From the human T2T-CHM13v2.0 reference genome, Homo sapiens: 64,000 nt of DNA. The position numbers and the translations under genes are program-made. Of the stretch, positions 55,401 to 64,000 are shown in pieces. Each line of letters starts with the position of its first letter. Within the stretch, counting starts at the first letter, position 1. Under the pieces are notes generated by a model. The model was not told the DNA's origin. It worked only from the letters and a program-made list of their open reading frames with translations, and did no database searches. The stretch is from NCBI RefSeq assembly GCF_009914755.1, contig NC_060936.1, one strand, 5' to 3'.

Positions 55401-57279
55401 TGTCTTTTTAAAAATGAAATATAGTCATCCACATTATGATATTTGTCTTCTTGAAATTGGAGCTTAAAAAATAAATTTTTATAACCATTTCAATTAAAGA
55501 AATATCCATTTGTAGTCATTTACTTTATCAGTAAACTCCAGTTTGGGCACTTATATGAAACCAAAATATTCTGTTTTACTTTTAATGACTATTACAAATA
55601 ATCTAGTAGGAACATACAATACATCTTCTATTACATATTACTTCTAATTATAAAATGACAATGTCTTGATTCTATTCTCCACCATATATATTTATTTTGT
55701 GAAATACAAATATTTTCTTCTTCTGATGAATGAATTAAAAAATATGTGAAAATTGTAACAGCTTTAAACAATATCATGCCTTTTGGAGGTTGTGATTCCT
55801 ATACATTTTTCACAAGCCACCATTTTCCTAGGTGTCTGTCACAAAGCTAGCAAATTCTTTTTAGGGCATTTGAATTATTAAAAGTTTGTCACATATTTTT
55901 CAGTGGAATGCTGTCTTCTCTCATGCCCTTTCACTGAATAATGTTAACCACATATGATATTCAAGTGATTTACCACTCTTAGTCACACATACTTCACAGT
56001 GTTTTTGCTGGCAGAAATGTATTAAACTACCCATGTGCTTTGATGGGTCTTCATTGTAATATCTGCTAAGTAGTTGACTTGTGCTGTCTTGCAATCTCTG
56101 CTGATCAATTTTTCACTGAATAAACAAATTTCACTACAGAAAACCTCAGTCCTAAACAACATTTGCAATTATATCCTAAATAGCTAGCAAACCATTCCAT
56201 GTAAAATGCCATTGTTAATATCTTGTGCAATAATTCATTACGTAAGCCATTACTACATATGTTACGGAGCAAGAGGTTTCTCCTCCTACCTGTGAAGCTA
56301 ATAAAACTATCAGAATATTTGTAAAATGTCACAATTTTAGAGATATGACCCAGTTAAAAGTATTATCAGTACCACAGGTAATTTAGGATCAAAATTTCTG
56401 TGAATGAATGACTAATGGGAAAAAGGGATTGGCCAAATTTGAAAAGGTGTTTTTTAGAAAGAAACTCTATCTTTTAAGATTCTGTTATATACTGAACTAC
56501 TGATCAACTTCTTACATAAATAATCAGCACGTATTCAAACCAAGTTTCTGTGATTCTGTATAATCAATCAGCACAAAAACAATTATGAAAGGAGTAGGCC
56601 ATGATTGAGCTGTCATTTCAGTGCAGCCACAGTTGTTGCTGATGGTCTTGCCTGCCCTAATTCATGGAGCGCCATTCATTTCCTGGTTTCTGGGTGTATA
56701 GCAATCCCTCCTCCATATTTCAGACTTTTGGAAGTACCCAAATGGAAAGGGTTTATAAGGCTGCCCTGACTAAATTCTATTATTACTTAGGACTACCCAA
56801 TACGTTTGTATTTTCTTTCTGATAAGGCAGATATTTTAACCCCCTTTATAGGATTAAGTTAAGCATTAGTGTTAATTAACTACATCTCAGTTTATTTAAT
56901 CTATGTTTTTAAAATTTATATGTAAATTTAAGAAAATTTCTTGAAATACTGTATCATTTGAATATTTGGCAGTGAGGCTATAGCAATGAAGAATGCAGTA
57001 GGGTTTTAAAAAGTTTAACTTGGCAGTCTTGACTTTTAATAATGTTCACCTGCATTGAGTGTACTTAATTGTTTTACACAAAGTCTGAACTTTGGTAATA
57101 TTTCTCTTTGGACTACTTTTCTTTCTCATTGAAAAACATAACTTAAACACTGGAGTGACACTGTGTTAACATTAAGAAAAAAAATCTATGCTACCCAGAA
57201 TCTTCATAAAAAAACTGAAAAGATGCCAGTACATTTAGAGGGCAAAAGAGTGAAATTTGAGAAAAAAAAATATGGTTGC

Positions 57280-57470
57280 AGAAAACCTCTAGAGGTTATC
57301 TTTCTGCTTCATCCTGCTGGCTTCAGGCAAACTTTACCTAAACTATTGTAGGCAGATGGGTATCTGGACTGTTTTTAAAGATTTTGAGGGAAGCAATTCC
57401 ATAATCTCTTAATATCCTTCTTTATATCTAATCTTTTTGCTCATTTAATTTAGTTAATCTTCAGCAGACA
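57280..57470 (-). mobile_element. L3/CR1 3' relic
   Basis: 'cctctagaggttatct...cttcaggca...cctaaac...cagatgg...ttttaaaga...gggaagcaattcca'. Confidence 0.5.
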
Positions 57471-58134
57471 TGGATAATGTTACCCTTTACAATATAATTC
57501 ATCATAACCTTGATAATTGAGATATTATTTATATATGAAAGAGTTTTCTCAGACAGAAAAGAATATTATAATTTTAAATAGAGACTTTAACATTGTTAAT
57601 GTAAGACAAACATAAACTTATAAATTTTTAGACCAATTTAGAGCAAAGATAAAATCTGGTATTTAATGAGAAGATAATGCTATCTTTGGAAGGGCCTCTA
57701 ACTTTTTTTCTTTATTGAAAAAAAATTCTACTTCCAAACATGGATAGAATCTTTGAACAATCCTAAGTTCTGAGATGTGTAAAATTCTGGCTTTCATGTT
57801 TAGTATTTAGTACTGTTTGTGCTGCAGGTTTGTAACAAATTTATGACTCCACTTACACATTGTCACTCTTCTAATTATTGTTAGTAGATAAATGTGAATC
57901 ATACAATATTAATTAATTTTTTAAAGGTTTGAAATTGAGGTACTTTATATTTTCATCTTTCCCAAATTTTCCTGTGATTTTAACAAAGACACACTAATTT
58001 TGCAATTTTAAACATGACTATAAAATAAAGACATGTAAAAATTATAGTTATATGCAAATTAGTGTGGTCTTTTTCTAAGCAGTTAAGCTAGTAGACTGCA
58101 TGTTTTTCTTCAGTTATAATAAAACTCTTTATAT

Positions 58135-60336
58135 GAAAATGTCATGTCTCATTTCTTTAGCATTGGGTCAGCCAGACAATATAAATGAATAAAATTGTAT
58201 GGATGGAAAAAAATCCATCCATGGACTGAAAATACAGTCCAAATTTATTTTTATTGTATAATATTATACAAATAAAACATTAAATATTTTAATTTACTTT
58301 TAGTTAAAAAGGAAGCAGATATGTAAAATATTAGATATGTTTAGTTCCTTCAATTACCTTTATATTTCATTAATTGTTAGTCTGGTTTGGACACAAAAAA
58401 TGTTTTACTTTCTTCTGTTGTAGTGTCAACATTGGTTTTTGTGTATTCTGTTGAAATGCATCTTTTAATTTTAAGCAATGCTTAGTTTGCTTCAGTTTAC
58501 AATGGAAAACAGATTTTCTCAAATATAGGTACTTCCCAACACATATACAAATTTTTCATAAGAGTTTGTGTAATTTGTTGAATTCTGGTTTTTAGCATCA
58601 TCATGTTTAGATTTTTGAACTATATTGCATGGTATTTCAGCAGCAGATCATTTGCAATTCTTCACACATACTAGCTTCTTTTTGTTTAAGAATTTGGTCT
58701 TTAAATATAGAATTTGTGAAATTTGTTCTGTCCATATCTTTTGTGTTTGTAGAACCGTCTTAGCATAGAAAAATGAGCCAAATGTCCTGTGCCATTTAAA
58801 TTTCCCGAAGATAAAGTTTCTCTGAGAGTGAGTTGTTCAAATCATAAATTTGTGTAACTAGTGCAAAAATTATTGCAAAGACATTTAAACAATTCTGACA
58901 GATAAAATATCAACCAAAAAAAAGCCATGTTTTTGATTGGGTTTTCACTGGTGACAGATGATAAGTTACTTGAATTACAAACATTATTTTCAATCCTTTA
59001 TTTGTATGTATGCATATATGTGTGTGTATGTATACACATATACGTAATCAGCATTGTGCCATATAAAAACTATGAATCTCTGAATAGTAGAGAAGACTAG
59101 TAACTGGGTTTCCAAATCAAGCAAAGCATCAAAGTATCAGTGGTTCAAATTATAGGAGCATATCCAGCGGAAATTCTTCATTACTCTCATCATGGTGTGT
59201 TTCGTTGCTAACTTTTTAGCTCAAAGAGATGCCTCATGAATGATACTGTGAACACATGTAAAGTGTCTGGTCTCTGTCCTAGTAAGACATTGCTACCTTA
59301 GATTGAAGTTTCATACTACTGCAGGAGCAATGCTCTTATTCATGCTCACCAATTAAATTATTACATTCATCTCTTCAGGATTTTTCTCACAATATAAATA
59401 ATGTTCTGAACTTGTGCCTGTCATGGTACTAAGGCCTTAAAGTGCTTTGGTCATGTCAACATTCTCATCTACAGCATGAATCATGTTGCTTCATAGCTGT
59501 TAATATTTAAATTTGGACTTCCATCAACTGTAATAGACAGCTCAAACTAATTGGTCCTGTAGTTCTCAAGTCTGTCTTCTACACTTTGAACTGTATTTTC
59601 CACTACACTTGTATTCGCAAATATTTGTTTCTATTTGGGGCTTATAATTTCTGCTATCCTCCATAAAAACTTCTTTATGAACTTATCAGCTGTAAAAGGC
59701 TTTGGTATCAGAGCCATTTTTTTTTCAGTTAATACACATTTGCATTTTACTAAGCACCACCACTTTATTTGCATTTCAAAATAAGTCCTGTTTAAATATC
59801 AGTCTTTTTCAGTTAATTAAACATTTTACCATACTTTTTTATGAGTTGGTCAGAATTTTTTTATATAAGCAAATTAAGTGGTAATCTTTTGACATAGACA
59901 TGATACATTGGCATATTAAACACTTAGAATTTTCAGCATTTCCACAAATAAATATACATTCTCATTTTTCATAAAACATGGGCCCTCTTGTCTTATCTTA
60001 TGTTTCCCGCAGAGACATGGATACAAGAAAAATTTCCCTCCATTTTACTTAACGAAAAATAACAGCATGAGTACTATGATAAAAAAATACCTAATACTTG
60101 ACCTCAGTGGCAAAGAGAAATGGTGGGGACCAAGCAACTGAAGAGACCATATGCCACTTAAGAGGATGAATTACAACCCGTTTTTAGCTCATTGATGCTA
60201 CATAAGAATTTCTGCATTTTTAGCTGAACCTAATATATGGAGCTGCATGTGAAATATCTTGCCAATAGCAGAGTAGACCAAACACAAAATACCCAGAGGG
60301 CAAATTTGGCCCAAGGACCACAAGTTGGTGATTCTG
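58135..60336 (-). mobile_element. Near full-length Charlie8/MER102-family hAT DNA transposon
   Basis: MER102-like end 'gagggcaaatttggcccaaggaccacaagttggtgattctg' at the right and a weaker MER102-like end at the left, enclosing a fossil transposase. Confidence 0.8.
58377..60018 (-). pseudogene. Fossil hAT (Charlie8, GTF2IRD2-like) transposase with many stops and frameshifts
   Basis: Manual translation gives, in order: GKHKIRQEG, CLICQCIMSMSKDYHL, KPFTADKFIK...AEIISPK*KQIFAN, AVDENVDMT...MTGT, SIIHEASL*AKKL...WICSYNLNH, YTSLLYYSEI, IKNMAFLVDI, VTQIYDL, GSTYI*ENLFSI. Confidence 0.85.
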
Positions 60337-60348
60337 CTTTAATACATT

Positions 60349-60349
<1 letters not shown>

Positions 60350-60384
<35 letters not shown>
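60350..60384. repeat. Pure T35 homopolymer
   Basis: Read directly. Confidence 0.97.
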
Positions 60385-60386
<2 letters not shown>

Positions 60387-60579
60387 TTCATAACAGAATT
60401 ACAAGCTTTACTACTCAACTTCACCACTAGGCTTTTCTCCAAAAAGCAACTCATAATTAAAAAGAAAATGATACTGTCCTTAGAGAGTAAATATTTTGCT
60501 TTTGTTGATGATACACAAAAAGAATCTGCTGTATACTTTCAAGAAAGTTTTGAAAACGTTTTGAATTTGTGAGGATAGC

Positions 60580-60725
60580 AAGTATGCACTCCGGAGTCTA
60601 ATGACCTTGGGTATATCAACCTTTTGTGTCTATAATCTCACCTGTAATATGGGGAAACAATGGTTCCCACTGATGTGACTACTGTAGGAATTAAATGAAT
60701 AAACATGTGACAATTCTAGTACACC
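60580..60725 (+). mobile_element. MIR SINE
   Basis: 'tgaccttggg...ctcacctgtaatatgggga...ggaattaaatgaa'. Confidence 0.6.
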
Positions 60726-60741
60726 TCCCTCCCACTAAAAG

Positions 60742-62165
60742 AATAAACTTTATTTTTAAAAGTAGTTTTAGTTTCACAGCAAAATCGAGCAGCAAGTACA
60801 GAGAGTTACAAATATTCTCTTACTCGACACATGCATAGACCCCCACTATCAACATCCCAAAGCAGAATGGTACATTTGTTACAATGAATAAATCTACATT
60901 GACAGATCTTTATCACCCAAAGTCCATGGTTTACATTAGGGTTCACTCTTGGTGTTGTGCATTTTATGGGTTTGAACAAATGTATAATGACGTGTATGTA
61001 CCATTATAGTTCCACACAAAATAGTTTCACTTCCCTAAGCATCCTCTGTGTCCCCTCTGTCTACCCCTCACTCCTCTCTAACTGCTGGCAACCATTAACA
61101 TTTTTACTGTTTCCAAAGTTTTACCTTTTCCAGCTAGTCATGTAGTTGGAATCATTTGGTATGTACCCTTTTCAGATAGACTTTTTCACATAGTTATAAG
61201 CATTTACGTTTTCTCTATGTCTTTTTATGGCTTTATAGCTCATTTCTTTTTAGTGCTGAAAAATGTTTCATTGTCTGGATGTACTACAGTTCTCTATTCA
61301 CTTACCGAAGGACATCTCTGTTACTTCCATGTTTGGGCAGTTATGAATAAAGCTACTATAAACTTCCACGTGCAGGTTTTTCTATGTGGACATGTTTTCA
61401 ACTCATCTGGTTTTAATTCTAATGAAGTCCAGTTAATCAATTTTTCTTTCAAGCATTGTGCCTTTGGTGTTTTTTCTGAAAAGTCATCACTACGTCCAAA
61501 GTCATCTAAATATTTTTCCATGTTATCTTCTGGAAGTTTTACTGTTTTGTGTTTTACATTGAGGTACAAGATCTATTTTGGGTTAAGTTTTGTGAAGGAT
61601 GTGCCTGTGTGTGGATTCAATTCTTCTGTTTTACATGTAGATGTCCAGTTGTTTAAGCATCATTTGTTGAAAAGATTACTTTTTTATCCATTGTATTGCC
61701 TTTGATCTTTTGTAGAAGTTCAGTTGATTATATTTGTGTGGGTCTATTTTCAGGCTTTCTATTCTGAAATAGGTCCCATTGACCTATTTGTCTATTCTTT
61801 CACTAATACCACACTGTCTTGTGCACAGTAGCTTTAGAGTAAGTCTTGAAGTAGACAGTGTCAAATCTTCTACTTTAATCTTCTCCTTAAATACTGTTGC
61901 TAGTCTTGGTCTTCTGCCTCCACATATGAATTGTAGAATTCAGTTTGTCAATATACGCAAAATAACTTGCTGAAATTTTGTTTGGAATTGTGTTAAACTT
62001 ATAAATTAAGTTGAAAAGAATTTATATATTGACAATATTGAGTTTTCCTATCTATGAACGTAACGTGGAATATCTCTCAATTTATTTAGGTCTTCTTTGA
62101 TTTCTTGCATAAGAATTTTTAATTTTCTCATATAGATATTGTACACGTTTTGTTAGACTTATATC
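60742..62165 (-). mobile_element. L1MC1 3' portion with an internal deletion near 61410
   Basis: 'atcacccaaagtccatggtttacattagggttcactcttggtgttgt' 3' UTR; ORF2 peptide VKHKTVKLPEDNMEKYLDDFG jumping to KTCTWKFIVALFITA. Confidence 0.88.
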
Positions 62166-62439
62166 TGCCTGAAGATTTTAGTAAGTAATAGCTATTCTTA
62201 TTAAAATAATAAAAATAACATCATCATCTGAAAGTGACATATTCCCATTGATCCATTTTAAGGTGGCAATACTGATTTAAATAAACATGCTCTGGCATTG
62301 TTTCAAAATATCAATACTCAGTGGTGAGTACATGGGCATTTGTAATAACATCTATATTTTTGTCATGCTTAAATATTAAATAAATAAGTAGATATATATG
62401 TATATAATTTTTAAGTTGCACAACTTGATTGTCATTGCA

Positions 62440-62640
62440 TAGCATAGACCAAAGCCATATATCCTAGTTTTAAATCCAAGCTTTATAATCTACTAACCAT
62501 TTAAGCTGGGGCATTTTACTTAAACTTTTTGGCTCTAAACTTCATAGCTATAAAATAATAATAATAATACATTAGCTTATTTGGTTATTGAAAATTCAAT
62601 GTATAAAACAATGCCTTATACACAGTTTATAATATATGAC
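62440..62640 (+). mobile_element. MIR fragment
   Basis: 'cctagttttaaatcc...tactaac...tacttaaactttttggctct...taaaataataataata'. Confidence 0.45.
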
Positions 62641-62679
62641 TATTAAATATTATACTCTTTTAGTCACTTCTTAAAATAA

Positions 62680-63130
62680 ATGGATTATTTTTATAAAAAT
62701 CAAGTATATATAATTTCAGATATGAAAGCAATATGTGTTCACCACAAAAACTGTAAAATAATATAAGGAAACATAAAGAAATGTCCTCATGATCCTGACA
62801 CACAGAGATAACCATTATTTACATTTCAGTGTCTTTATTTATGGCTTTTTTTAAATTAATGTCTTTTCTTTGGTTTTATTTTACATAGTTGTGTTCCTAT
62901 TATATTTACAATCTGGTACCCTGGCATTTTTTTTTTTCACTTAGCATAATGACAAGAATATGTCCATTAAAAAAATATTGTTTTAAGTAGATGGGAAACA
63001 TTCCACTCAATAGTTTTTTTTTCCTAACAATCATTGGCCATTTAGATTGTGTCAAAATTGTGTTACTCTAAATAACATTCATAAACATCTTTAAACAAAG
63101 CTTATTTCCTTAGGATATGTGATAATGCAA
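62680..63130 (-). mobile_element. L1ME 3' fragment
   Basis: 'cagagataaccattatttacatttcagtg...tttcacttagcataat...catttagattgt'. Confidence 0.5.
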
Positions 63131-63399
63131 AAATTAAGAAAACAATTTATGTTACATATACATGTATATTAATCAAATCAATCAAATAAAACTGAGTATG
63201 TAGGTGCACTGTAAGTTGAAAGTAGGGAGGCTTTATATAAAGATAAAATGAATAATTTTACATTCACTCAGTGCAGAACACTTGCACATATGAAGTTATT
63301 AAACCTCCAACAGTCAAACCTCCCAAAGACTCAATAACCTGTATTCAAATATACACCCATCTTCAATTTCATGAACTGTACATGAGCATTAATATCATA

Positions 63400-63485
63400 A
63401 AAGAGTACATACTGTGTGATTCCAACTATATGACAATCTGGAGAAGGCAAAACTTTGGAAACAGTAAACATATTAATGGTTGCCT
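63400..63485 (+). mobile_element. L1MC/MB 3' fragment
   Basis: 'tacatactgtgtgattccaactatatgacaatctggagaaggcaaaact'. Confidence 0.65.
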
Positions 63486-64000
63486 ATAACATCTGTATAT
63501 TATAGCCTCATAAAGAATAATACCTATTTAGGGGAAAATATACTGTTTTTATGTCTAACTTGAGGTATTCTTAAAGGAAGTAATGTTGGATATAAGTGGG
63601 AAGAGATTCTAGAACCCCATTCCAGGCTTCTCATAGTTTTTTACCACCAAATAGTCCTTAGATTGTCTCTGACTTCTCCTACCTGCTTCTCAAACTCAAT
63701 TCCTGTAGTATGGGTTTTCTCACACACCAAGTTGTACTATGGGGTAAATATTGGTCTCATTTAAAATTAATCAAAGAAATTAAGCATTTTATCACTGTTT
63801 CTGGGCAGTATAAGATTACCAATATGACACTAATGAGTGATAAAATTCTAGCCAAAGACAAAGAAACTGATGCATTATAACTTACACAGAATTATGTTTA
63901 AGAAATGTCAACTTTCATTGGGATACCTGAACAATTAAAATTATTTCAAAGTACCACCTACTCATTTAACATACAGGCCATCTGGTACTTAGAAAGGACA

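Noticed and set aside
61217-61705. Longest ORF (162 aa)
   Set aside because: It is the antisense frame of a decayed L1MC1

Overview
AT-rich primate genomic DNA, most likely human or great ape, judged from AluY/AluYd, AluS, AluJ, THE1, MSTA and L1PA elements. It is intergenic or deep intronic. I can support no intact protein-coding exon, RNA gene, CpG island or CRISPR array; the supplied ORFs are Alu/L1/THE1 read-throughs or chance frames. Much of the window is transposon-derived: about 19 Alus, a full-length THE1 provirus carrying three Alus (24.7-28.1 kb), a deeply nested L2>MLT1>L1MC2>(MSTA, L1PA>THE1B, Alus) stack (33.3-47.1 kb), MER2/MER3/MER5/MER20/MER58 DNA transposons and MIR/L2/L3 relics. 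Signals the ORF track misses: (1) a near full-length Charlie8-type hAT transposon on the minus strand (about 58.1-60.3 kb) whose shattered transposase follows the GTF2IRD2 C-terminal domain; (2) several template-switch scars, the best being a duplication at 15976-16129 holding a 23-nt inverted copy of sequence 1 kb downstream; (3) independent, opposite-orientation Alu insertions at the homologous site of both THE1 LTRs; (4) an L1 with two different 3' ends inside one TSD pair. I cannot claim a new functional system. Subfamily names come from recalled consensus motifs, not from a database search, and boundaries of old elements are approximate.
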